DNA of 64,000 bases, taken from assembly GCA_965203445.1 (NCBI GenBank), contig OZ241883.1, positions 672,001-736,000 on the forward strand, given 5' to 3'. Origin of the DNA: Candidatus Oxydemutator sp. (GTDB lineage: Bacteria; Pseudomonadota; Gammaproteobacteria; Poriferisulfidales; Oxydemutatoraceae). Positions 11,001 to 21,400 of this stretch are shown here, in pieces (positions within the stretch are counted from its first letter, which is position 1; each line of letters begins with the position of its first letter). The position numbers and the translations under genes were made by a program. Under the pieces are notes generated by a model. It worked only from the letters and a program-made list of their open reading frames with translations. It made no database searches and was not told the origin of the DNA.

Positions 11001-14000
11001 ATAACTGGACTGCACCACGTCGGCGTAATTCAGCAGCAACGGTTGTATGTCGTAACCCCCTATCAAGCCGCCGACCCTGTTCCCCCCCGTCGTCTCCCCG
11101 ATGGAGTAGCTGGCGCTCACCACCGACGCGGCGGCGACTTCGCCTACCAGACCGCCCACGTTGCTTCCATCTGCATGCACTTCCACGTCGGCGTAACTCG
11201 CCACCAAGCTGCCGAAATTGCCCCCGATCAAACCACCCACCCCAAATACGCCGGATATGCGACCGCCACTGACGTAACTCGCCGCCACTTTGCCCTCGTT
11301 GCGGCCCACCAGCGCTCCTATATAACTGCTACCACCGTCCTCCAGACTCACACGCGCGTTACGCAAGCCCACGTTGCGGATGATGCCGTTGGCGTTCACG
11401 GCCCCGAACAGACCCATGTGCCACCACCGCCCATCCCTGTCCATCCTCAAATTGCTGATGACGTGGCCGTTGCCTTCAAAAACCGCGGTGTAATAATAAT
11501 CCACCGGAGGGGTTTCCTCGCTGACCCAGCATACACGTGTATGCCCCGTCTGGTCGACAACGTCCCCCGTCTGGGCAATGCAATCGGAATAATCCTGCGG
11601 AAAGGCATCAGCATTAGGAATCTCATCACTGCCGCCCCCGCCTATCGGCGTCCAGTCCGGGATGCTCGACAGATCCAGGTCGGCCGACAACTCGTAGCCG
11701 GTGCACGACGCCCCCGGACAGGTCTGCGTCTGCTCGAAAAACGGAAACGCCGCCAGATAAACGGCCCTGTTCGCGTCGCCGCTCACGCCCGCCAGCCCGA
11801 CACCGCCCAGGTCGTGGCGGATCGCCGCCAACTGCGACGTCGTCGCCACCTCTATCAGGGTGTCGTCGTCGAGGTCGTAGTCTCTGCCGACCCCGTCGCT
11901 GGGATTGATCGCGGTGCTGACGGGAAGCGGCACGCCCAGACCCACGCGCGCGGGCGCCCCCGTGAGCATCGCGTCGCTCAACGCGACCACCATGACCTCG
12001 GACAACTCGGTAATGATGTCATCGCGCACCCTCACCGAAAACGACGCGCTGCTCGCGCCGGATGCGATGACCACGCTGCCGGTCGTGCCGTCAAAGTCGT
12101 CGGCGCCGACCTGGTTGCCGCCCACCGCCCAATTCCAACTCGCAGTCACCCCCGCCGGCAAGGCCCCCGGAAAGCGCACCACGTAACTCGCGGTGCCACC
12201 TTCCGACACCGCCTCGCTCCCGGCGAGCGTCGGCGTAAGACTTACCTCCGGCTGCGCCTGCTGCTGCGACGTGCGACGCGCCACCTCCGTCTCGGTAGCA
12301 CCGCCGAACACCAGCACCGGGTAATCAAACGCGCTGCCGAAATCCCACGGAGCGTCGTCGTTGTAGTCGCCGTCGCCCCCCTGATCCACGTCGTCCACGT
12401 TCAACTTGTCCCAACCGGCGTAGATGGTGCCCGTCGCCGTGATCGGGAGAATCATGTCGCTCGACGTCTTCGCAACAACGTCGTCCAGACCATGCGCGTT
12501 CGTTCCGCAGCAACTGCTCCGGAGGCTGCGCTCTTTGTCAAAATAACTCGACTCCACCGCGGCGATGGTGGTCACCCCGAACTGTCCGCCACCCGCCGAG
12601 GCAACGCGCCGCCCTATCAAGCCGCCGACGCTGCTTGTCCCCGTCGTTTTCCCGACGGAGTAGCTGGCGCTTACCACCGACGCGACACTGGCTTCGCCTA
12701 CCAGACCGCCCACCTCACCTATACTTGCATGCACTTCCACGTCGGCGTAACTCGCCACCAACCTGCCGTCATTGCCCCCTATCAAGCCGCCCACCCTGAA
12801 TGAACCGGATATGCGACCGCCACTGACGTAACTCGCCGCCACTTTGCCCCGGTTGCGCCCCACCAGCGCTCCCACGTAGATGTGTCCTACGGCCACCTGC
12901 GCGTTGCGCAAGCCCACGTTGCGGATTCTGCCGTCGGCGCCCACACTGCCGAACAAACCCGTGCCATACACCCCGCCGCCGCTCATCCGCAGGTCGCTGA
13001 TGACGTGGCCGTTGCCTTCGAAAACAGCGGTGTAAGAATCCGGCGTATCCCCCCCGCCTAGCGGCGTCCAGTCCGCTATGCCGGACAGGTCCAGGTCGGC
13101 CGACAGCTCATAGCCGGTGCACGCGCGCGGACAGCTCGCCTCATCAAAAAAGGGAAACGCCTTCCGATAAGCCCGATAAGCGGCCTCGTTGGCACTGCTC
13201 ACGCCCGCCAACCCGGCACCGTCCAGGTCGTGGCGGATCGCCGCCAACTGCGACGTCGTCGCCACCTCTATCAAGGTGTCGCCGTCGACGTCGTAGTCCT
13301 TTTCGACTCCGTCGCTGGGATCGATCACGGTCCTCACCGGAGCGGGCACGCCTAAGCGCACGCCACGCGCGGGCACCCCCGCGCCCGCGAGCCTTGCATT
13401 GCTCAACGCAACCACCATGGTCTCGAACGACTCGGCATCGGCGTCGTCGCGCACCGTCAACAAAAACGCTATTCGGTCCTGGCCGGACTCGATGGTCACG
13501 CTGCCGATGGTCGCGCCGACAAAGTCGTCGCCGTTGACTTCGCCGCCCACCGACCAATCCCAACTCGCGTTCACCCCCGCCGGCAAGGCCTCCGGCAAAC
13601 GCACCACGTAAAGCGCGACGCCACCTTCCGACACGGTCTCGTTTCCGATGAGCGTCGGTGCAAGACTTACCTCCGGCTGCGCCTCCTGCTGCAACGTGCG
13701 ACGCGCCGCCTGCGTCTCGGTAGCGCCGCCGAACACCAGCACCGGGTAATCAAACGCGGTGCCAAAATCCCATGGACTGTCGTCGTTGAAATCGCCGTCG
13801 CCTCCCTGATCGACGCGGTCCACGTTCAACTTGTCCCAACCCTCGTAGAGGGTGCCCGCGGCGGTGGTCGGGGCGCGCAACTGGCGCGACGTCCTCGAAG
13901 TGTCGTCCGGACTCAGCGGATTCCTTCCGCAGCAACTGCTCAGGCCGTTGCGCTGGCCGTCAAAATAACTCGATTCCACCACGGCAGCGGCGTGCCTTCT

Positions 14001-15470
14001 CCCTATCAAACCGCCAACCGCGCTCCCCGTCGGGGTGCCGACGAAGTAACTGGCGCTCGTCACCGACGCGCGACCGGCTCGGCCTACCAGACCGCCCACG
14101 TCACCTGTATCGGAATGCACGTCCACGGCGGCGTAACTCGCCACCAGCCTGCCGCGATGATCCCCTATCAAGCCGCCCAAGAAGTTCGCCGAGGTTCCGC
14201 CTATGCGACCGCCAATGACGTAACTCGCCGCCACTTCGCCCAGATTGAACCCCACCAGCGCACCTATACCTCGGCCATCACTACTCAGACTCACCTGCGC
14301 GTTGCGCAAGCCCACGTTGCGAATCCTGCCGTCGGCACCCACGGCGCCGAACAAACCCATGCTATGCCACTGCCTGTCCCTGACCATCCGCAGATTGCTG
14401 ATGACGTGGCCGTTGCCCTCGAAAACAGCGGTATAGCGCTCCTGTCCCAGAAGATCCCCGATACTGCTGACCTCGCCGCCCAGCGGCGTCCAGCCCGCGC
14501 CCGGCGCCGGGTTCACGCTGGACAAATCCAGGTCGGCCGACAATTCGTAGCCGGCGCACGTGCCCGGACAGGTCTCCATCTCGTCGTACAGGGGAAACGC
14601 CGCCCGATAAGCCCGATAAGCGGCCTCGTTGGTACTGCTCACGCCCGCCAGCCCGGCGCCGCCCAGGTCGTAGCGGATCGCCGCCAACTGCGACGTCGTC
14701 GCCACCTCTATCAAGGTGTCGTCGTCGACGTCGTAGTCCATGCGATCACGCACCTCGACCGTCATCGTGTCCACGCCCGTCGCGCCGCGCGCGTCCGCAA
14801 CCGTCAACTCGAACCCCAGCGTCTCCACCACCTGCGGCGCCAGGAACGTCGCCGTCTCCGAGGTGGCGCCCGTCACCCCGACGACCGTGCCGCTGGTCTG
14901 ACGCCACCGATACGTCAACTCCTCGCCTTCCGGATCATCCGCGACGCCGCGCAGCGTAACCACGTCGCCCTCGCCCGCGATCACGTCGGAACCCGCGTCC
15001 ACCATCGGCGCGTCGTTCGCACCCGCGCGCACCGTGATCACCACCGTGTTCGTCGTATTGCCGACCAGCTGCCGTTCCACGGGCGACGACAAACCCCGCA
15101 CGTCGGTTACCACCAGCGCGAACTCAAGCGTCTCGTCGTCCACCAACTGCGTCGGTGCCAGGAACGTCGTGCTGCGCGCCGCGGCGTCGCGCAACGCCAC
15201 CGTGGCGCCGCCGGTCTGACGCCATGCGTACCTCAGCGGCTCGTTGTGCGAACTGCTGCTCGCGGCGCCGTCCAAAGTCACCACGGCGCCCTCGGACACG
15301 GTCTGATCGGGCCCGGCGTGCGCCGTCGGCGCGACCGCTTCCTGGGCGGACACGGTAGCGACAACGGACAACCCTAATAGCAATAACAGACTACGCACCC
15401 CCCCCATCACTGGACCGCCGAGCGTTGGAGCAAGGGAGCGTCGGAGCGTTGAAGCGAGGAATCCGGCCAT
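4908..15470 (-). CDS. Giant secreted repeat protein C (3520 aa): signal peptide, 2 PKD-like domains, 6 GLUG/Calx-beta modules, extra Calx-beta, C-terminal dockerin-like domain
   Basis: ORF track. Hydrophobic leader RSLLLLLGLSVVATVSA-QE; APTAHAGPDQTVSEGAVVTLDG (PKD-like); 6x DYDxDxDxLIxVATTSQLAAI; repeated GLFG/GALVG/GGLIG rungs; C-terminal GDLDRNGVID...DVDFDGEVLSAD. True start may be the downstream ATG (MGGVRSLL). Confidence 0.92.
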   Translation of the reverse strand: MAGFLASTLRRSLAPTLGGPVMGGVRSLLLLLGLSVVATVSAQEAVAPTAHAGPDQTVSEGAVVTLDGAASSSSHNEPLRYAWRQTGGATVALRDAAARSTTFLAPTQLVDDETLEFALVVTDVRGLSSPVERQLVGNTTNTVVITVRAGANDAPMVDAGSDVIAGEGDVVTLRGVADDPEGEELTYRWRQTSGTVVGVTGATSETATFLAPQVVETLGFELTVADARGATGVDTMTVEVRDRMDYDVDDDTLIEVATTSQLAAIRYDLGGAGLAGVSSTNEAAYRAYRAAFPLYDEMETCPGTCAGYELSADLDLSSVNPAPGAGWTPLGGEVSSIGDLLGQERYTAVFEGNGHVISNLRMVRDRQWHSMGLFGAVGADGRIRNVGLRNAQVSLSSDGRGIGALVGFNLGEVAASYVIGGRIGGTSANFLGGLIGDHRGRLVASYAAVDVHSDTGDVGGLVGRAGRASVTSASYFVGTPTGSAVGGLIGRRHAAAVVESSYFDGQRNGLSSCCGRNPLSPDDTSRTSRQLRAPTTAAGTLYEGWDKLNVDRVDQGGDGDFNDDSPWDFGTAFDYPVLVFGGATETQAARRTLQQEAQPEVSLAPTLIGNETVSEGGVALYVVRLPEALPAGVNASWDWSVGGEVNGDDFVGATIGSVTIESGQDRIAFLLTVRDDADAESFETMVVALSNARLAGAGVPARGVRLGVPAPVRTVIDPSDGVEKDYDVDGDTLIEVATTSQLAAIRHDLDGAGLAGVSSANEAAYRAYRKAFPFFDEASCPRACTGYELSADLDLSGIADWTPLGGGDTPDSYTAVFEGNGHVISDLRMSGGGVYGTGLFGSVGADGRIRNVGLRNAQVAVGHIYVGALVGRNRGKVAASYVSGGRISGSFRVGGLIGGNDGRLVASYADVEVHASIGEVGGLVGEASVASVVSASYSVGKTTGTSSVGGLIGRRVASAGGGQFGVTTIAAVESSYFDKERSLRSSCCGTNAHGLDDVVAKTSSDMILPITATGTIYAGWDKLNVDDVDQGGDGDYNDDAPWDFGSAFDYPVLVFGGATETEVARRTSQQQAQPEVSLTPTLAGSEAVSEGGTASYVVRFPGALPAGVTASWNWAVGGNQVGADDFDGTTGSVVIASGASSASFSVRVRDDIITELSEVMVVALSDAMLTGAPARVGLGVPLPVSTAINPSDGVGRDYDLDDDTLIEVATTSQLAAIRHDLGGVGLAGVSGDANRAVYLAAFPFFEQTQTCPGASCTGYELSADLDLSSIPDWTPIGGGGSDEIPNADAFPQDYSDCIAQTGDVVDQTGHTRVCWVSEETPPVDYYYTAVFEGNGHVISNLRMDRDGRWWHMGLFGAVNANGIIRNVGLRNARVSLEDGGSSYIGALVGRNEGKVAASYVSGGRISGVFGVGGLIGGNFGSLVASYADVEVHADGSNVGGLVGEVAAASVVSASYSIGETTGGNRVGGLIGGYDIQPLLLNYADVVQSSYFDGQRSGQSSCCGRNPPSPDNTSKTSAELFSPTTAAFTIYEGWEQLNVDDVDQEDDGDLNDDAPWDFGTVFDYPVLVFAGATETDAARRTLQQEAQPQVSLAPTLTGSETVSEGEMASYQVRLPEALPAGVSATWDWSVGGEVSTDDFVGATTGDVVIASGAVSASFSVRVRADGETELSEVMVVTLSNARLTGVPAHVGLGVPFSVRTTIEASDQIDYDFDGDTLIEVATTSQLAAIRYDLGGAGLAGVSGDENRAAYLAAFPFFDAEQTCSGACTGYELSADLDVSSVNPAPGAGWTPLGGGVRLEGLPGDTYTAVFEGNGHVISNLRVVRSGRWFLVGLFGRVGADGRVRNVGLRNAQIDLGRDSVSAGALVGTNRGKVAASYVSGGRISGGTSVGGLVGINIGEVVASYADVEVHAGGANAGGLVGSDPSEGAVRASYSIGRPTGVSANGLIGSRVTGSVVESSYFDKERSGLSSCCGRNSPDPDHTPRLSAELLFPTTATGTIYAGWDQLNVDDVDQGRDGDLNDDAPWDFGGVFDYPVLVFGGATETEAVRRTSQRQARPEVILTPTLAGSATGQEGGIASYVVRFSGALPAGVSASWNWSVGGGEVDADDFVGTTVGSVVIAAGAASASFVLRVRADGEIEMPEVMVVALSNARLAGAPQGVALGVPLPFRTTIEFNDGTDYDEDDDGLIEVATTSQLAAIRYDLGGAGIAGVSSANKSAYFAAFPLFGAPQTCPSTCTGYELSSDLDLSGLNWTPLGGDSGNPRRGQGLRDADYYSAVFEGNGHVISNLTMTRKGDSYYMGLFGAVSAGGVIRNVGLHNARVELAPFALGGGGDGGDHVGALVGRNEGKVAASYVIGGRVFGVETVGGLVGGNYGVVVASYADVEMYVESGPTGGGLIGGSAVGSVVSASYSVGATTGYIDPSNIARGIPSGLIGSKAIAAVVESSYFDTGRSGQSRCCGNSVPSPDNTPQTSNQLRAPTTAAGTIYAGWDQLNVDDVDQTGDDDLNDDAPWDFGTVFDYPVLVFGGATETMAMRRTSQQEAQPAIILAATLTGSVTVSEGEAASYVVSLPEALPTGASVRWDWVVGGDEVSIADFVGTTGVVVIGSGASSASFSVEVFDDTIPELSEVMVVTLSSAMPTGAPARARLGVPVSVRTTIEASDEIDYDDDNDGLIDVATTSQLAAIRYDLGGAGIAGVVGKANRLAYFAAFPVFDEKQTCPSTCTGYELSADLDLSSVEPAPGPGWTPIGGGGDSLLDNYYTAVFEGNGHVISNLRVARGGRLSHTGLFGAVSAVGTVRNVGLRNAWISLGDHSTNTGALVGRNEGKVVASYVSGGRISGVWAVGGLIGGNYGRLVASYADVEVHTAEGANAGGLVGEAGGASVVSASYSVGKPTGATAGGLIGNRMVGAVVESSYFDRERSGQSDCCGSNVPSPDNTSKTSNQLRAPTTATGTIYAGWSRLNVDGLDQGRDGDFNDDAPWDFGSVFDYPVLVFGGATDTQAARRTSQQQTQPEVDFAPTLTGSTVVAEGGTASYVVRLPGALPAGASARWSWAVGGEVDADDFVGTTAGSVVIAPGAASASFVLRVRADGVIEPPEVLAVTLSSARLTGAPADVRLGVPSTVARTTIAINDPITVAARSATVSEGTTATFTITLRGGGDRAVVVEYEITAVSEGLTHEDLATVNVEGRAASARSVGSLPFTGSVTLNEMGTATIAVRVASDQLENEERERFRLRLTGCPNCLTHVAELGTPSFADVNVRDPRSILVDARVVLQGALLPETRRMRSDLAGLLPRRQPYGASPWNYPATTTVPHVGTAAGLAGVTSAIVDWVLVELRTGQSAAAAASSRPLAGGRATGLLLSDGRIAGINEAASVADASLLDGVRFELKPPEGEDLYVLIHHRNHLPVMSSAPVVAATGTDCEADYCVDFRVGQSHGDGQVEMGAGLHAMVAGDLDRNGVIDERDEALIRVYNLTSLGAVGYRAAAAVGRYAVDADVDFDGEVLSADRYFVIENKGRHRPFSVR
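4930..10060. repeat. ~5-kb near-identical copy of ~42916-48046 (3' portions of genes C and A)
   Basis: Near-identical shadow ORFs at a constant 37986-bp offset (5541/43527, 7507/45493, 8941/46927, 9859/47845), with only scattered substitutions. Similarity continues to ~13500/~51500 after a 66-bp shift in offset. Confidence 0.92.
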
Positions 15471-15473
15471 TGT

Positions 15474-18400
15474 CTAACGCACCGAAAACGGCCTGTGCCG
15501 ACCCTTGTTCTCTATCACGAAATACCGATCGGCGGACAACACCTCGCCGTCAAAGTCCACGTCCGCGTCCACCGCGTAATGGCCGGCCGCGGCCGCGGCG
15601 CGGTAGTCGCCCACGCCCAACGACGTCAGGTTGTACACGCGTATCAATACTTCGTCTCGCTCATCAATCACGCCGTTTCGATCCACGTCGCCCGCGACCA
15701 TCGCATACACGCCTGCCCCCACTGCGATCTGTCCATCCCCGTGCGACTGCCCGACGCGAAAGTCCACGCAGTAGTCCGCCTCGCAATCGGCGCCCGTGGT
15801 CGCGGCCGCCGGCACCGCCGACATCACCGACAGATGGTTGCGGTGGTGGATCAGCACGTACAGGTGCTCGCCTTCGAACGGCTCCGCCTCAAAGCGCACG
15901 CCGTCCAATGACAGCGCGTCCGCCACCGACGACGCCGCCTCGTTTATCCCGGCGATGCGACCGTCGCTCAACAGCAGACCCGCGGCGCGACCGCCCGTCG
16001 GCGGCCGCGACGACGCGGCCGCGGTCGTGCTCTGGCCGGTGCGCAACTCCACCAGCACCCAGTCCACTATCGTCGAGGTGACACCGGCCAGGCCGGCCGC
16101 CGCGCCCGCGTGCGGCACCGTCGTCGTCACCGGGTGCTCCCACGGCAACGCGTCGTACGGCTGGCGGCTCGGCAACAAGTTTACCAAGTCGCTCCTCATG
16201 CGGCGAGATCCGGGAAGCAACGCCCCCTGCAAAACCACTCGCGCGCCCACCTCCACTACGCTCCTCTCTCTGCGAATAGCGACGTCCGCGAACGACGGGG
16301 TTCCCAGCTCCGCTATATGGGTGACGCAATTCGGGCAGCCCGTCAGCCTCAAACGAAACCGCTCGCGACCCTCATTCTCCAACCGGTCGCTCGCCACGCG
16401 CACCGCTATCGTCGCCGTGCCCATCTCATTCAACGTTACGCTCCCGGTGAACGGCAGCGAACCCACCGAACGGGCGTCGGCGCCGCCGCGCCCCGCTATG
16501 TCCACGGTAGCCAGGTCCTCGTGCGTCAAACCTCCGGAGGCGGCGGTAATCTCATATTCTACGACCACCGCCCGATCACCGCCGCCACGCAGCGTGATCG
16601 TGAACGTCGCGGTAGTGTTTTCGCTCACCGTCGCGGACCTCGCCGCCACCGTTATCGGATCATTGACCGCTATCGTCGTACGCGCGACGGTGCTCGGCAC
16701 GCCCAAACGTACGTCAGCCGGCGCCCCCGTAAGCCTCGCGCTGCTCAACGTAACCGCCAGCACCTCGGGCGGTTCGATAACGCCGTCGGCGCGCACCCTC
16801 AACACAAACGACGCGCTGGCGGCGCCGGCTGCGATGACCACGCTGCCTGCGGTGGTGCCGATAAAGTCGGCGATGTCGACTTCGCCGCCCACCGCCCAGC
16901 TCCAACGCGCGCTCGCCCCCGCCGGCAAGGCCCCCGGCAAGCGCACCACGTAACTCGCGGTGCCACCTTCCGCCACCACCGTGCTCCCGGCGAGCGTCGG
17001 CGTAAAATCTACCTCCGGCTGCGCTTCCTGCTGCGACGTGCGACGCGCCGCCTGCGTCTCGGTAGCGCCGCCGAACACCAGCACCGGGTAATCAAACACG
17101 CTGCCGAAATCCCACGGCGCGTCGTCGTTCAAGTCGCCGTCGTCTCCCCGATCCAGGCCGTCCACGTTCAATTTGTCCCAGCCCTCGTAGATGGTGCCCG
17201 CGGCCGTGGTCGGGGCGCGCAACTCGCTCGATGTCTTCGGGGTGTTGTCCGGACTCGGCACGCTCGTTCCGCAGCATCGGCTCTGGCCGCTGCGCCCGGT
17301 GTCAAAATAACTGGACTCCACCACCGCGGCGATGGCCTTGCTCCCTATCAAGCCGCTGGGCACGCCCCTCGCTACGTTGTCTGAGGGATCGATTCTCCCC
17401 GTCGTCGCCCCGACCGAGTAACTGGCGCTCACCACCGACCCGACGACGCTTCCGCCTACCAGACCGCCTCCGGTTAGACCTGATTCTATATACACTTCCG
17501 CGTCGGCGTAACTCGCCACCATCACACCGAAATTACCCCCCACCAAACCGCCCACCACCTCTTCGCCGGATACGCGACCGCCAATCACGTAACTCGCCGC
17601 CACCTTGCCCTCGTTGCGGCCCACCAATGCGCCTACCTGATTGCCACCATCACCACCACCACCCGGTACACCCGCGGCCAGCTCCACCCGCGCGTTGTGC
17701 AAGCCCACGTTGCGGATCACGCCGCCGGCGCTCACCGCGCCGAACAGACCCATGTGATACGACGCCCCGTCCCTGGTCATCGTCAGATTGCTGATGACGT
17801 GGCCGTTGCCTTCAAAAACGGCGCTGTAGTAATCCGCATCCCTCAGCGCATCCCTCAGCCTCAGCCCCATACGGGAGTAATCGGTGTCCCCGCCCAGCGG
17901 CGTCCAGTTCAAGCCGGACAAGTCCAGATCGCTCGACAACTCGTAGCCGGTGCACGTGCTCGGACAGGTCTGCACCGCACCGAAAAAGGGAAACGCCGCA
18001 AAATAAGCGGCCCTGTTGGCGCTGCTCACACCCGCTATCCCGGCACCGCCCAGGTCGTGGCCGATCGCCGCCAACTGCGACGTCGTCGCCACGTCTATCA
18101 AGGTGTCATTGTCAAGGTCGTAGTCTATCTCGTCGCTCGCCTCGACGGTGGTCCTGAGCGGAGCCGGCACGCCCAGACCCACGTGCGCGGGCGCCCCCGT
18201 GAGCCTCGCGCCCGTCAACGTTACCACCAGCACCTCGGAAAACTCGGGCACGTCGTCATCGAGCACTACCAACGAAAACGACGCGCTGCTAGCGCCAGAC
18301 CTGATGACTACGGCACCGGTCGCGGCGACAAAATCGGCGATGTCGGCTTCGCCGCCGCCCACCGTCCAATCCCAACGCGCGCGCACCCCCGTCGGCAAGA

Positions 18401-21400
18401 CCAGCGGCAAACTCACCTCGTAACTCGCGGTGCCGCCTTCCGACACCGTCTCGCTGCCGGCGAGCGCCGCCGCAAGAATTACCCCCTGCGCCTGCTGCTG
18501 CGACGTGCGACGCATCGCCATAGTCTCGGTAGCGCCGCCGAACACCAGCACCGGGTAATCAAACACGCTGCCGAAATCCCACGGCGCGTCGTCGTTGAAA
18601 TCGCCGTCGCCTCCCTGATCCACGTCGTCCACGTTCAACTTGTCCCAACCCTCGTAGATGGTGCCCGCCGCGGTGGTCGGAACGCGCAACTCGTTCGACG
18701 TCTTCGAGGTGTTGTCCGGACTCGGCGGATTCGTTCCGCAGCAACTGCTCTGACCACTAAGCTCGCCGTCAAAATAACTTGACTCTATCGCGGCGGTGCC
18801 GGCCCTGGCCCCGATCAAGCCACCGATCTTAATCCCGGTCTTTTCCCCGATGGAGTAACTGGCGCTCACCACCGACCCGGCATTGCCCGCGCCTATCAGG
18901 CCGCCTCCCGTATTTATACCTGCAATCACTTCCACGTCGGCGTAACTCGCCACCACCTGACCGGAATTACTTCCCACCAGGCCGCCCACCGCCTGGTCGC
19001 CGGATACACTACCGCCACTGACGTAACTCGCCGCCACCTTGCCCTCGTTGCGTCCCACCAGCGCGCCTATATAAAGGCTATTATTACCCACGCTCACCTG
19101 CACGTCGCGCAAACCCACGTTGCGGATCACGCCGACGTTGCTGACGACGCCGAACAAACCCATGCTGTACAACTGGCGATCATTCCTGGTTATCGTCAGA
19201 TTGCTGATGACGTGGCCGTTGCCTTCAAAAACGGCGCTGTAAGGATTCCTCAAACGCTCCCCGAACGTGGTGGCCGCTCCGCCTATCGGCGTCCAATTCA
19301 AGCCGGACAGATTCAGGCCGGCCGATAACTCGTAGCCGGTGCACGTACTGGGGCAGGTCTGCACCTCACCGAAAAGGGGAAACGCCGCAAAATAAGCGGC
19401 CCTGTTGGCACTGCTCACGCCCGCTATCCCGGCACCGCCCAGGTCGTAGCGTATCGCCGCCAACTGCGACGTCGTCGCCACCTCTATCAAATCGTCGTCG
19501 TCGGTGTCGTAGTCCATCTCGTAGCTTGCCTCGACGGTGGTCCTGACCGGAGCCGGCACGCCCAGACCCACGTGCTTTAACGTCCCCGTGAGCCTTGCGC
19601 CCGTCAACGAGACCACCAGAACCTCGGAAAACTCGGGCACGTCGTCATCGAGCACTGTCACCGAAAACGACGCGCTGACGGCGCCGGGGCCGATGACCAC
19701 GGTGCCGCCTCTCGGGTCCACAAAGCCGCCGCGCACGGCCCAATCCCAACGCGCGCTCGCCCCCGCCGGCAAAACTATCGGCAAGCGCACCACGTAACGC
19801 GCCATCTCGCCTTCCGACACTATCACGCTGCCGGTGAGCGTCGCCGCAAGACTTGCCTGCGGCTGCGCCTCCAGCTGCAACGCGCGACGCGCCTGCCTGG
19901 TCTCGGTGGCGCCACCGAACACCAACACCGGGTAATCAAACACGCTGCCGAAATCCCACGGCGCGTCGTCGTTGTAGTCGCCGTCGCCGCCCTGATCCAC
20001 GCCGTCCACGTTCAATCTGTCCCAACCCGCATAGATGGTGCCCGCGGCGGTGGTCGGGACGCGCAACTGGCTCGACGTCTTCGAGGTGTCGTCCGGACTC
20101 GGTGGATTCGACCCGCAGCAACGGCTCTGGCCGCTGCGCCCGCCGTCAAAATAACTCGACTCCAGCGCGGCGCCGACTATCCTGTCCCCTATCAAGCCGC
20201 CGACCAAGTCGCTCCCCGTCGTTGCCCCGATGGAGTAACTGGCTCTCACTACCGACGCGCCACCGCTTGCGCCCACCAGACCGCCCCCGGTATTCACGTC
20301 TACGTGCACCTCCACGTCGGCGTAACTCGCCACCAGACTGCCGAAATTCGCACCGATCAAGCCGCCCACCGAAAACGCACCGGATATGCTGCCGCCACTG
20401 ACGTAACTCGCCGCCACCTTGCCCTCGTTGCGCCCCACCAGCGCGCCTATATAAGTGCCATTATTACCCACGCTCACCCGCGCGTTGCGCAAACCCACGT
20501 TGCGGATCACGCCGACGTCGCTGACGACGCCGAACAAACCCATGCCATACCACTGGCGATCATTCCTGGTCATCGTCAGATTGCTGATAACGTGGCCGTT
20601 GCCTTCAAAAACGGCGCTGTAAGGATTCCTCAAACGGTGCGCGAACGTGGTGGCCTCTCCGCCTATCGGCTTCCAGTTCAAGCCGGACAGATCCAGATCG
20701 CTCGACAACTCGTAGCCGGTGCACGTGCTGGGACAGGTGCGCCTCTCGTCGAAAAGGGGAAACGCCGCATAATAAGCGGTCCTGTTGGCACTGCTCACGC
20801 CCGCCAGCCCGACACCGCCCAGGTCATGGCCGATCGCCGCCAACTGCGACGTCGTCGCCACGTCTATCAAACCGTCGTCGTCGCCGTCGTAATCTATCTC
20901 GTCGCTCACCTCGACGACGGTCCTGACGGAAAACGGCACACCCAAACTCACGCGCGCGGGCGCCCCCGTGAGCCTCGCGCTGCTCAACGAGACCACCAGA
21001 ACTTCGGGAAACTCGGGCACGTCGTCGTCGCGCACCGTCACCGAAAACGACGCGCTGCTCGCGCCGGACGCGATAACCACGCTGCCCGTGGTCGTGCCGG
21101 CAAAATCGGCGATGCCGACGGTGCCGCCGCCCACCGCCCAATCCCAACTTGCACGCACCCCCGCCGGCAAGACCACCGGCAAACTCACCATGTAACTCGC
21201 GGTGTCACCTTCCGACACGGTCTCACTCCCGGTGAGCGTCGCCGCAAGAGTTGCCTGCGGCTGCGCCTCCAGCTGCGACGCGCGACGCGCCTGCCTGGTC
21301 TCGGTAGCACCGGCGAACACCAACACCGGGTAATCAAACACGCTGCCGAAATCCCACGGACTATCGTCGTTCAGATCATCGTCGCCTCCCTGATCCACGT

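Noticed and set aside
1-15470. Genes C and D as pure assembly duplicates of A
   Set aside because: They carry private sequence (module h, the D-specific PKD2 and Cys loop, scattered substitutions), so real paralogues are more likely. Exact module order still needs long-read confirmation.
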